Source: an uncultured Parachlamydiaceae bacterium (GTDB lineage Bacteria; Chlamydiota; Chlamydiia; Chlamydiales; Parachlamydiaceae). Taken from it: a DNA stretch of 64,000 nt. Below are positions 22,509 to 32,054 of the stretch, piece by piece; within the stretch, counting starts at the first letter, position 1, and every line of letters begins with the position of its first letter. A program made the position numbers and the translations under genes. A model generated the notes under the pieces. It was given only the letters and a program-made list of their open reading frames with translations. It ran no database searches and was not told where the DNA came from. The stretch lies in contig CAWHZN010000012.1 in the NCBI GenBank assembly GCA_963833865.1, positions 6,241 to 70,240 of the forward strand, written 5' to 3'.

Positions 22509-24212
22509 GTGTTAGGGAAAATTATGCCAAGGTTGAAACAAGATGACTTTTTAAAAGAAACAATTGCTTCCTGTAAAAAAGGTTTCTATTTCATCATCTT
22601 GCTCAGTTTCTTTATCAATCTATCTATGTTGATTGTGCCGCTTTACTCGTTGCAAATGTTTGACCGAGTTGTAATGGGCCATAGTCCTGAGACCCTGATT
22701 TACCTCACGCTTATTTCCTTTTTTATGATATTTGTTTTTGGGATTATGGATGTTATTAGGTCAGCGACCATGATCCAGCTGAATAACTGGCTAGAGAACA
22801 AGCTCAGCCCTCGTGCTTTGACCTATTGTCCGGACCATATTTTACAAGGATATTCATATGGAACACAGTGTCTCAGGGATATCGCCCAGGTTCGCCAGTT
22901 CTTGTGTGGGCCTAGTGCGTTCTCTTTTCTCGACACGCCTTGGTCCATCGTGTTCTTGAGCATCGTTTTTCTCCTCAACTACGTCTTGGGATTTATCGCC
23001 GTTTTTGGTGTGGTTGTTTTGTTCGGCATTGCGATCCTCAATGAGATTATCACCCGCAAACCCCTGGTGGAATCTGGTAGTAGCCTTTTGAAAAACCAAC
23101 GCCGCATTGATACGGCCATCAGGAACGCAGATGTAATTCAGGGTATGGGGATGATGCCGGCTCTTGTGAAAAAGTGGGTTGCTGACAATGAGATCGTTCT
23201 CACTTTACAGGGGCAAGCCAATCGAGTTGGGGCCTCTATTATGGCATTCTCTAAGTCCTTTCGGATGATGATTCAGCTGAGCGTTCTCGGCGTAGGTGCA
23301 TATTTTGTAATGGAGGGGCACTTCACGACTGGAGGCATGATTGCTGCGTCTATTATAGCCGCCAGGGCGCTTTCCCCCATTGAGCAGTCCATCAATAGCT
23401 GGAAACAAATGATCGCTGCTCAGCAGGCTTATCACCGGCTCCAGGTTTATTTTTCACACGTGGCATCCCGACAACCAGGGATTACGTTGCCCCCACCTGA
23501 GGGGTCTATTGGCGTAACAAATCTTACTTATGTTCCCCCGGGAGGTCATAAACCGGCACTATCCAACGTTTCCTTTCAAATTAAACCAGGGGAGATGGTC
23601 GCTGTTTTGGGTCCAACGGCAGCTGGCAAATCGACGCTTCTCAAGCTTCTTGTGGGCAGTTTAAAGGGGACTACAGGGACAGTTCGTCTGGATGGGGCTG
23701 ATGTTTACGAGTGGGATCGCGCTGATTTTGGGCGATATGTTGGCTATCTGCCGCAGGATGTTGAACTGTTTCCGGGGACGGTCCGGCAAAATATTTCTCG
23801 GATGAGAGAGGCTTCCTCAGAAGAGGTCATTGCTGCAGCAAAACTTGTTGGTGTTCATGAGCTTATCTTAACCTTTCCAGATGGGTATGAGACCCTTTTG
23901 GAAGCAGGTGATTTTCACCTTTCAGGGGGACAGCAACAGCTGATTGCTATGGCAAGAGCCTTATTCGGAAGTCCTTCGCTCCTTGTTTTGGATGAGCCAA
24001 ATTCAAATTTAGACAATGCCGGTGAACAGCTTGTTATAGAGGCTTTGTCTCACATGAAAGCGCAAGGAAAAACGATTGTTTTGGTGACACACCGCACGTC
24101 TCTCATTCGCGATGTGGAGAAGATCCTTATCTTGTTTGAGGGAACATTGAGGGCCTTTGGGGACCGAGATCTTGTGCTTCAGAAGTTGCAAGAACAAGGT
24201 ATTAGTATATAG
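22509..24212 (+). CDS. Type I secretion ABC permease/ATPase (PrtD/AprD type)
   Basis: PLYSLQMFDRV, LDTPW, GPTAAGKST, GYLPQDVELFPGTV, LSGGQ, LDEPNSNLD; no C39-like domain. Confidence 0.92.
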   Translation: MLGKIMPRLKQDDFLKETIASCKKGFYFIILLSFFINLSMLIVPLYSLQMFDRVVMGHSPETLIYLTLISFFMIFVFGIMDVIRSATMIQLNNWLENKLSPRALTYCPDHILQGYSYGTQCLRDIAQVRQFLCGPSAFSFLDTPWSIVFLSIVFLLNYVLGFIAVFGVVVLFGIAILNEIITRKPLVESGSSLLKNQRRIDTAIRNADVIQGMGMMPALVKKWVADNEIVLTLQGQANRVGASIMAFSKSFRMMIQLSVLGVGAYFVMEGHFTTGGMIAASIIAARALSPIEQSINSWKQMIAAQQAYHRLQVYFSHVASRQPGITLPPPEGSIGVTNLTYVPPGGHKPALSNVSFQIKPGEMVAVLGPTAAGKSTLLKLLVGSLKGTTGTVRLDGADVYEWDRADFGRYVGYLPQDVELFPGTVRQNISRMREASSEEVIAAAKLVGVHELILTFPDGYETLLEAGDFHLSGGQQQLIAMARALFGSPSLLVLDEPNSNLDNAGEQLVIEALSHMKAQGKTIVLVTHRTSLIRDVEKILILFEGTLRAFGDRDLVLQKLQEQGISI

Positions 24213-24219
24213 GAACGTA

Positions 24220-25665
24220 ATGATGATACAGAAATTACGTGAAATTATCAGGAAGTACGTTAGCCAATTCTGGAATACTGTGAAAAAAATAAAATCAGTC
24301 TTAATGAAAATTAAGATCTTCAAAAATTGGATGAAGGTTTCCCTAGAAGGGGACAAAATCGACTTTCAAGAAGTGCCTCAAGAACCCGATATTAGAAGAA
24401 TAAAGTTTGTCGGGTGGGGTATTATCGTTTTCTTTTTTGGCGGTTTTGCTCTTTGGTCTGTTCTGGCCAATCTAGATAGTGCTGCGGTTGCTCCCGGCCA
24501 AGTTATTGTGAGCTCAGAACGCAAGACCATTCAACATTTGGAGGGAGGAATTGTTAAAAGAATCTATGTGAAGGAAGGTGATAGTGTCAAAAGGGGAGAC
24601 CTTTTGGTTCAATTAGATGAGGTACAAGCCCAAGAAAAAATCGACGCGTTTAAAGATCAACTCAACCTGCTTCAAACCACGGAGGCGCGGCTGATCGCGG
24701 AAAGGGATGGCGCTGAACAAATTACATTTCCAGAGCGAATTATGAAGCAAATAAACGATCCAAAAGTGCAGAAAGAAATCGCAACACAACAATTGACCTT
24801 TGACACGAATAAAGAGGAAAAAGTGGATCTCATTGAGATTTTGAATAAGAAAATTTTACAATCGAAAGATGAATTAGAATCATATAAAGCGCAGTATAAT
24901 TCTGAACTTCAACAAGTTGCTTTGATAGGAAAAGAAATTAAAACAATGGAGGGCCTTGATGAAAAAGGATTGATTCTAAAATCACGTTTATATGCCCTGC
25001 AACGAGAGGAAGCCCGTCTTTTAGGTAACCGGAAAGACCATGAAGCAAAGATTGCTCAAACCACTCAACATATTAAAGAGACAGAAACGGAAATTATCCA
25101 TAAAACGGAACAACAAAAGCAAGAGATTTTTAAATTACTTTATGAGACTAAAAAAGATATTCCAAAAGTTATAGAAGAATTATCTGCGGCTCGGGATGTT
25201 CTCAAACGCCTATCCATTACTGCGCCGCAGGACGGAGTTATTATGGACATGAAGGTCCATACGGTTGGTGGTGTTGTTCGTCCAGGTGAACCCATTATGG
25301 ATCTGGTTCCAAGCAGTGACAATATGATTATCAAAGCCCGCGTTCATCCCTTAGATATCGATCTCGTTCGGGTTGGTTTGGTTGCTCGGGTGAACTTGAT
25401 GGCTTTTAAAACACGTTATACGGGAAGACTCAATGGTAAAGTGACGGAGGTTTCTGGTGATAGCTTTCGCGATCCAAAAACAGGGGAAAACTACTATGAA
25501 GTCCTTGTTGTTGTCGATCCCAATGAGCTTGAGAAAGTAAAAGGGCTTTACCTTTATCCCGGCATGCCTGTGCAGGTGATGATCATTACACATAAACGGA
25601 CCCCTCTACAATATCTTCTCTCTCCCATCCGAGATAGCCTTGATCGGGCATTTCGAGAAAAATAA
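24220..25665 (+). CDS. HlyD-family T1SS membrane fusion protein (PrtE/AprE type)
   Basis: Single TM, IQHLEGGIV, long coiled coil, APQDG, PGMPVQV, YLLSPI...AFRE. Confidence 0.92.
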   Translation: MMIQKLREIIRKYVSQFWNTVKKIKSVLMKIKIFKNWMKVSLEGDKIDFQEVPQEPDIRRIKFVGWGIIVFFFGGFALWSVLANLDSAAVAPGQVIVSSERKTIQHLEGGIVKRIYVKEGDSVKRGDLLVQLDEVQAQEKIDAFKDQLNLLQTTEARLIAERDGAEQITFPERIMKQINDPKVQKEIATQQLTFDTNKEEKVDLIEILNKKILQSKDELESYKAQYNSELQQVALIGKEIKTMEGLDEKGLILKSRLYALQREEARLLGNRKDHEAKIAQTTQHIKETETEIIHKTEQQKQEIFKLLYETKKDIPKVIEELSAARDVLKRLSITAPQDGVIMDMKVHTVGGVVRPGEPIMDLVPSSDNMIIKARVHPLDIDLVRVGLVARVNLMAFKTRYTGRLNGKVTEVSGDSFRDPKTGENYYEVLVVVDPNELEKVKGLYLYPGMPVQVMIITHKRTPLQYLLSPIRDSLDRAFREK

Positions 25666-25676
25666 GGAGTTTTTTG

Positions 25677-26591
25677 CTATTGGTGGGGTCTTTTTGCAAG
25701 AAGCGTGGTTGAAGCGATAATAATTACACCCCCAATGAGGGTGAAATAGGTTGGAATTTCATCAAAGAAAAGCAATCCGATAGGGATAGCAATACACAAT
25801 CGCCAATACTCAAAAGGAGCAATGAAGGAGGGTGATGCGTTCTTAAGGGCATTTACATGACAATATTGTGAGAGCGCCCCAAAACTTCCCATGAAGCTTA
25901 GCTTAATCAGGTCCTCAAAGGAGGGCGTTTGCCAGAATAGAACGGCTAGGACTGACGAAAAAACCATCATCAAGCTGCCTGAATAGAACATCATTGTCAT
26001 TGTCGATTCTGTCTGGGTCAGTTTTTTAGAGGCCATGATGGAACAACCAGCAAATAAATTGGCTAAAAGAGCAATCAAAGTTGCATGATCCAGTCCCTCT
26101 GCCGTCGGGCGGATCATAATAAGAACTCCTACATACCCCAGGATGATGACCCCCCAGTCTTTCATGGAAACTCGGTCTTTGAGAAGGAGAATAGCCAAAC
26201 ACGTTGTAATCAAGGGAGCAGTTTGCCCGATGGATGTGGCATAAGCTATGGGTAAAGATCGATAGGCATAGTAAGTACACCCAACGGAAGCAAGTGATAA
26301 AATAACTCGCAACCCATGAAGCCAAAATCTATTGGTTTGGGCAACTGAAATTCCCTGGTAAAGGTAAAATGGAGAGAAGAGTAAGAAGCCGAACATAACA
26401 CGCATAAACGTCAGGACCACAGAATTAACGGAGGGCCCCAGTGTTTTGGCAACAGACATGGCGATAGAGAAGCTCAAGCTCCACCCCATGATCCAAAGTA
26501 CAGCCTTTGTTTTTGAGGAAAGACCCTTCCTCTCTAAAGGGAGTTCGATAAACTCCTTTTGAGGGTTTTGCTTTAAAGCAGGTATTGCCAT
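25677..26591 (-). CDS. DMT/EamA-family transporter
   Basis: About 10 TM helices in two repeats; APFEYWRL and FFDEIP motifs. Confidence 0.85.
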   Translation of the reverse strand: MAIPALKQNPQKEFIELPLERKGLSSKTKAVLWIMGWSLSFSIAMSVAKTLGPSVNSVVLTFMRVMFGFLLFSPFYLYQGISVAQTNRFWLHGLRVILSLASVGCTYYAYRSLPIAYATSIGQTAPLITTCLAILLLKDRVSMKDWGVIILGYVGVLIMIRPTAEGLDHATLIALLANLFAGCSIMASKKLTQTESTMTMMFYSGSLMMVFSSVLAVLFWQTPSFEDLIKLSFMGSFGALSQYCHVNALKNASPSFIAPFEYWRLCIAIPIGLLFFDEIPTYFTLIGGVIIIASTTLLAKRPHQ

Positions 26592-26642
26592 TTGGGGTCC
26601 TCCTTTTGCATATTCATTGGGTCTGAAGCTGATGTTTTCTAT

Positions 26643-29600
26643 TTAGGGTTGAGCAAGCTGGGATTGAATTCTAGCAATATGCGGCGAATCTTCTGGGAAA
26701 TGAGCCTTCGCAACAGATAGTGCCTGTTTTAAATAGCTAATAGCTTGTGATTTAAAATCTTGGGCGGTTTGCTGATTTAGAGAATCATCACATTTTGATT
26801 TTCTTAGATATAATTCTGATAACCGTTCTAAACATTCATAAATTTCAGGATGGTTGATTTGTTGAAACACTATTAAGCTCTTTTTCATAAGATCTTCAGA
26901 AGTTTTTAAATCACCTTCAAGGAGATAAACTTGTCCAAGATCTCTCAGCGTCCGAGCTGTTTCAAGGTGTTGATCTCCATAGTTCTTTTGGTAAATGAAT
27001 AAACTCTCTTCTAAAAGAAGTTTAGCCTTTTCATACTTTTCTAATTTTATATAAAGATTCCCAAGCTGCCTCAAAATCCTAGAAAGGTAGACATAGTGTT
27101 CATGAAAGTGATCTTTATATACTTTAGCAACTTCCGCGAACAAATTCTTAACATTTTGATGAACACCTGCTCCATTAAAGTGCGCTAGATGAGCTAAAAT
27201 CCAAGAAGGACCAATTTGGTCAGGAAGATATAATGCAAAAATTCTAAGACTCTGCTCTAGAGCAACTCTGGAATCTTCATACTTTTCAAGTTTCATGTAA
27301 GCAACACCTAAGTAATGTAAAGCCACTGCGATGTCATAATGATCAGTTGAACGATATTTTTTGAGTCCTAAGATGCTCTGCTCCAGGGTTGTTTTAGCTT
27401 TTTGATAGTTGCCCAGTTCCGCTTCAATAACCCCTAACTGCCCAAAAACCCATGGAGGGAAATTTTCATTTTCAGGAAAATAGTTTTGGCAAATGATCAT
27501 ACCTCTTTCAAGTAAGTTCTTAGCTACAACATAATTCCCCATATATCTCTCAATGATTCCTAAATACACTAAGAAATATGCATGTTTAAAATTATCTTTT
27601 GGGTAGTATTTGTCGTAAATAGATATACTATTCCTTAAAAATTCTTTGCCTTTATTATAGTCCCCTAAGTCTCTATGAACATTCCCCAAATGGCCCAAAA
27701 ACCAGGCAAAGCGTGTCGGATTCTCTTCTTGAAATTTACTTAATTTGGATACACTTTCTTCTAATAAGGATTTTGCCTTTATATTGTCTCCATAAAAATA
27801 GTGAATAATACCTAACTGACCTCTTAGAGCTGCAGTTATTTTTGGAGTTAATAAATTATCATGTTTTAGAAAAAGGTCTATATGACTAAGTAAATATTTC
27901 ATTTTTACCAAGTCTCTTTCTTTTATTGCTTCATCAGTTGCACTTTCAAATTTCTCCGAGATGTCTTTTATTAATTCTTTGTTTCCCTCTAAACCCAGCA
28001 CTTCTGTGAGGTAAGACAAACTTATGGATTGTGTGCTTTGATGCATTGAGAGAGAAGTATTTGAGGAAGAGTTTGATGAATTGTTTGTAAAAAGAGAGTA
28101 CTTTTTGAGATTAAATATAAAATTAGTAACAACATCTTCATTTTTAAAATTGTTCAATAGTTCCTTTGAAATATTTTGGGAATCGATCAAACTAATGAGC
28201 ACCAATAAATCCTTAAATTCCTTATGTTTCTTTAAAATATCCTGCAAAGACAACATTATAATATTATAACGTGTTTTGTTGTAGTCTCCCATCTCCTTTA
28301 AAATATCTTCTTGAGTGCCTTCAAAAATTTTATTGTTTTGGGATAAGTTCCTCAAATAAATTTCATATGGCGTATTTGTCTCTTTTAAATAATAAGCTGC
28401 AATCGAAATATCTAAAGGAAAGGATGGGATATTCTCCAAGAATTTTTGTGTATCTTCAATTTTGATTGATAATGAAGGATGTACATGCCCATTGTTCATA
28501 ATTTTTGAAAAAAACTCTAGTTTTTGATAAGAAGAAAGCTCTCCAATATGGATTACATATTTAATGTAATTATTGTCTGAAATATTACTATCACGGGTCG
28601 TTAAAATAACTTTTCCTTCCCCCCATGTTTCGGAATCATAAGGGAAGTATTTTTGAATATCTGAAAAGATTTCAACGTTATCAAAAATGAGTACCCAATT
28701 TGGAATATTTCTTAATCGATTCTTTACAAACTGAATGATTCGTTCTTCTTTTTCTATCGGATCATTAATTTGTTGAATTGTTCTTAAAATCTTTTCATCT
28801 ATTTCTGTTTTTACAAGTGCTTGAGCGAGTTTTTCAAATGATGAAGAAAGTGTGCCTCGTGTTTCCGCATGAATTTCCCATATGGGGCTTTTCTTTTGAG
28901 TAGTTGCATACTGACGCGCAAGCGTTGTTTTTCCAGATCCTCCTGGTCCTACAAGAGCTACAGATTGAATAAACTCTTGTTTTTTAAGTTGCTCATCAAT
29001 TTGATGTATGAGCTCGGGACGATCAAGTCGAACAGAATTTGTGGGCATAACCAAATCTGAGCGAAAAGATAAACTTTCATTTTTTTGACTCCAATGGAAG
29101 GATAAGAGCCCAATACAAACCAGACCAAAAACAGTTAATGAAGCTAACGCAAGTTTGCTGAGTGCTTTATATCTGAATTTATTTTCTGGAATCTTTTCAT
29201 TTGAAGTGATGGCTAACTGTTTTGAATCATAATATAGAGCTTTGTATTTAGCCGAAAACTCTTCAACTATCTTGTCAAAAATAAGATCAGGAACGAGTTT
29301 TTCAAGAATGATAAAAAATGAGAAATAATAGTTTTCTTGTTGAGAAAAATCAACAACATTATGAACTTTAAGTTCCTCCGGAAGTTCCTTATTGTTTTCT
29401 CTTTCCTGAAGTAGAAATATAGTTTTGTTATCACTTTGCATTTCTTTTTGAAGAAAGTTAGAAACTACATCTCTTGACAGAGTTTTAGGAAGAAGACAAA
29501 TGACACAGTCACTTGTCTTTTTACTTGACGCCTTAATTCCTGCAAGAGCCAAATGAGATTTAAGAAGGTCAATGAGTGGAATTTTATCCTTACCATCCTC

Positions 29601-29963
29601 AATGAAACAATGAAAATCCTTTTCCCGGATTAACTTGGAAATATCTTTTAAATGTCTTTCGAAAACTGCATTAATGCGTAAAAGGGCGTAATATTCTCTC
29701 AGAAATGAGGACTTACCAGAGGCTTCAATAAAGTCAATTATGCTCTCGCGTGAATTGCATTGAAGCTTAGACATTATATTCCGGATGTGGGTCTCAACTG
29801 TTCTTGGGTCAATGGATAGGAATTGCGCTATTTTGCTCGTTCTCCTTGCACTTAAAAGGCAAGCTATTACATCAATTTCTCGATTTGTAAAATGAGTATT
29901 AGTAATTGTAGATAAATGTTTCTGATAGAGGTGTTGAGGCAAGAGAGTTTGTGTTTTTTTCAT
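26643..29963 (-). CDS. LuxR-HTH / TM / NB-ARC-like STAND NTPase / TPR protein
   Basis: FTNREIDVIACL...IDPRTVETHIRNI HTH; hydrophobic helix LALASLTVFGLVCIGLLSF; Walker A GPGGSGKT; Walker B VLIFDNVE; LTTR; kinesin-light-chain-type TPRs. Confidence 0.85.
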   Translation of the reverse strand: MKKTQTLLPQHLYQKHLSTITNTHFTNREIDVIACLLSARRTSKIAQFLSIDPRTVETHIRNIMSKLQCNSRESIIDFIEASGKSSFLREYYALLRINAVFERHLKDISKLIREKDFHCFIEDGKDKIPLIDLLKSHLALAGIKASSKKTSDCVICLLPKTLSRDVVSNFLQKEMQSDNKTIFLLQERENNKELPEELKVHNVVDFSQQENYYFSFFIILEKLVPDLIFDKIVEEFSAKYKALYYDSKQLAITSNEKIPENKFRYKALSKLALASLTVFGLVCIGLLSFHWSQKNESLSFRSDLVMPTNSVRLDRPELIHQIDEQLKKQEFIQSVALVGPGGSGKTTLARQYATTQKKSPIWEIHAETRGTLSSSFEKLAQALVKTEIDEKILRTIQQINDPIEKEERIIQFVKNRLRNIPNWVLIFDNVEIFSDIQKYFPYDSETWGEGKVILTTRDSNISDNNYIKYVIHIGELSSYQKLEFFSKIMNNGHVHPSLSIKIEDTQKFLENIPSFPLDISIAAYYLKETNTPYEIYLRNLSQNNKIFEGTQEDILKEMGDYNKTRYNIIMLSLQDILKKHKEFKDLLVLISLIDSQNISKELLNNFKNEDVVTNFIFNLKKYSLFTNNSSNSSSNTSLSMHQSTQSISLSYLTEVLGLEGNKELIKDISEKFESATDEAIKERDLVKMKYLLSHIDLFLKHDNLLTPKITAALRGQLGIIHYFYGDNIKAKSLLEESVSKLSKFQEENPTRFAWFLGHLGNVHRDLGDYNKGKEFLRNSISIYDKYYPKDNFKHAYFLVYLGIIERYMGNYVVAKNLLERGMIICQNYFPENENFPPWVFGQLGVIEAELGNYQKAKTTLEQSILGLKKYRSTDHYDIAVALHYLGVAYMKLEKYEDSRVALEQSLRIFALYLPDQIGPSWILAHLAHFNGAGVHQNVKNLFAEVAKVYKDHFHEHYVYLSRILRQLGNLYIKLEKYEKAKLLLEESLFIYQKNYGDQHLETARTLRDLGQVYLLEGDLKTSEDLMKKSLIVFQQINHPEIYECLERLSELYLRKSKCDDSLNQQTAQDFKSQAISYLKQALSVAKAHFPEDSPHIARIQSQLAQP

Positions 29964-30063
29964 AAGATAGGGTCAGGTCTCACAAGTTCAAATTCATCAA
30001 GCGGTCAGGAGTATACTCCACACATCTTAAGGGAGGAAAACTCTCATTAGTTCGTTTGCTCTT

Positions 30064-30098
30064 ATCTACGTAGATATCAGTGTACTTTCTATGTAGAT
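30064..30098. promoter_or_regulatory. Tandem palindromic boxes ATCTACGTAGAT / TCTATGTAGA upstream of the LuxR-STAND gene
   Basis: Perfect 12-bp palindrome at 30064-30075 and a 1-mismatch copy at 30088-30097; the same core occurs at 37920-37930. Confidence 0.4.
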
Positions 30099-30287
30099 GC
30101 ATCAAATTGCAAGAGAAAACTCCGCTCAAAAATCATTACAACAATTATAACCTCCATTAAGATGGTTATTTTAATACGAATTAGATGTGAGCCTCACCTG
30201 ACATCAGGCCCACTGATTAAGCGTTTCTAAGGTTTTGCTTGAGCAAAACCAGAAACTCTAGTTCCAGGATGATACTTCAATGATTGC

Positions 30288-32024
30288 TCAGCTGGAAGGG
30301 TATATGGATCGAGAAAAGGACATACCACTATGTATTCCAGAAAAGTTGCTTGGAAGTGTAATAATTTGATCCACCTTTGATGTGAGGATAGGGCGGTGGG
30401 TAATGATGATTTTCGTTGTATTTGGTAGAAATTTCTCAATGTTTTTTTGGATAATAAAATCTGTATCTTTATCTAAAGATGAGGTGCTTTCATCAAAGAT
30501 ACAGATTTTTGGTTTTCTGAGAAAAAGACGTGCAAGAGCAAGACGTTGTTTTTCACCCCCTGACAATTTCAATCCACGATCACCCACAACTGTTTCAAGA
30601 CCTTGGGGTAGTTTTTTGACAAAGTTAAGAAGCTCTGCTTGATCTAAAGCAGCTTCTATCTGGGCAGATGTAGCGTCTATTGACGAACGAGTTGGATGTT
30701 TGCCTTAATTGTATCATGCATTAAGTAGCTTTCTTTGTGGAACCCAGCATATGGTCTCATAAAGAGACTCTAAAGAAAAACTCTTTAGATCAATTCCGTT
30801 AATGAGTACGTGGCCTACAGTAGGTTCATATAATCTGAGGAGTAATTTTGCAATAGTCGATTTTCCTATACCTGTTGGGCCAACAATCAGAGTCGTTTCT
30901 CCTTCTTTTATCTTAAATGAAATATTATCTAAAATTGTCCTGTCACTATACTTAAATGAGACATTTTCAAAATTGACCTGAAAACGAGTCCCTGTTAAGA
31001 CAAGAGGGTTCGAAGCCTCAGCAATCTCACTCTTTGTTAACAAAAGATCGAGAATTCCCTTCATATCAAGAAGGGCTTTTTTAATATCCTGCAAAATGGC
31101 TCCCAAGATCCCAATGGGTATAATAAGTTGTAATACATAGCCATTAAACAGCACAAAATCACCAACCGTAAGGGTTCCATTCAATACATCCTGGCCAATG
31201 AAGTAGGTTAGTGAAGAAAGCCCAATTCCTAAAATGAGCGTTTGCCCCAAATAAGAAAGATAGTATTTTGTCAAAAAAACAACTTCGGCAGCTTCTCGCT
31301 TTTTTAACTCTGCCTCACAAGTGCGAATGGCTAATCCATACTTTCCGAAAACTTTAATGGCTTCATAGTTTGAGAGCCAGTCTGTAACAATACCATCAAC
31401 GGCCCTATCAATCTCGTTGGCTTTTTCACGAATTGTTAAAATTCTTTTATTAGAAAATAAAGTATAAGTGAAAAAACACCCAAATATTCCTGTCATTAAA
31501 AAACTATAGAAAATGGGATAAATGTTAAAAATCAGAATAATAACAACCAAAAATTCAAGAAAGGTTGGAAGAATGTGAAAAAATAGCCCAAGAATAATAT
31601 GGGGTACATTCTGCTGGGCTCTCCTGATAACATTTGCTAACTCGCCCGGTTTTTGGTCAAGAAAATAGCTATGCGAGAGTTTAAAGAGATAGTTAGAACC
31701 TTTGTTCCTAGAATTACTGTCATATGTTGTTCAATAGTAGGGTTAGAAGGGCGCGGATATGGAAGGAAGCCTGGCTGATCATCCAAATCAAACCATAGCT
31801 GAGCAACATGAGCGAGATCGTCAGAGAAGGCTCTGAGGAAAAAGCCTGCGACGATCTTTTTAAGAACGAGCGGAATCGATAAATTTGAAAAAACACCTAT
31901 AGCTAGCCCCATGAGCGAAGAAAAAACGCCGGCGCATTTTTTTGTTCTCAAAGGTGGAGATAAGAATTTCTTTGATACACTTTCCATAGTGTTTTCTGTC
32001 GATTTCATCTGGACTTTTCATCAT
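30288..32024 (-). CDS. ABC exporter, TMD+NBD (lasso cluster D / McjD-ATM1-like), several frameshifts
   Basis: Fragments 31637-32008, 30714-31550 and 30288-30587: NYEAIKVF, TVGDFVLFNGY, GPTGIGKST, WVPQ, LSGGEKQR, IFDESTSSLD; probable start ATG at 32024 after AAGGGGG. Confidence 0.8.
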
Positions 32025-32054
32025 TCTTACCCCCTTGATTTCCGCTTTGTGCGA

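Noticed and set aside
30231-30250. Hairpin GGTTTTGCT-TG-AGCAAAACC downstream of the lasso exporter
   Set aside because: Two-nucleotide loop and no U-tract; might be a terminator but is not supportable
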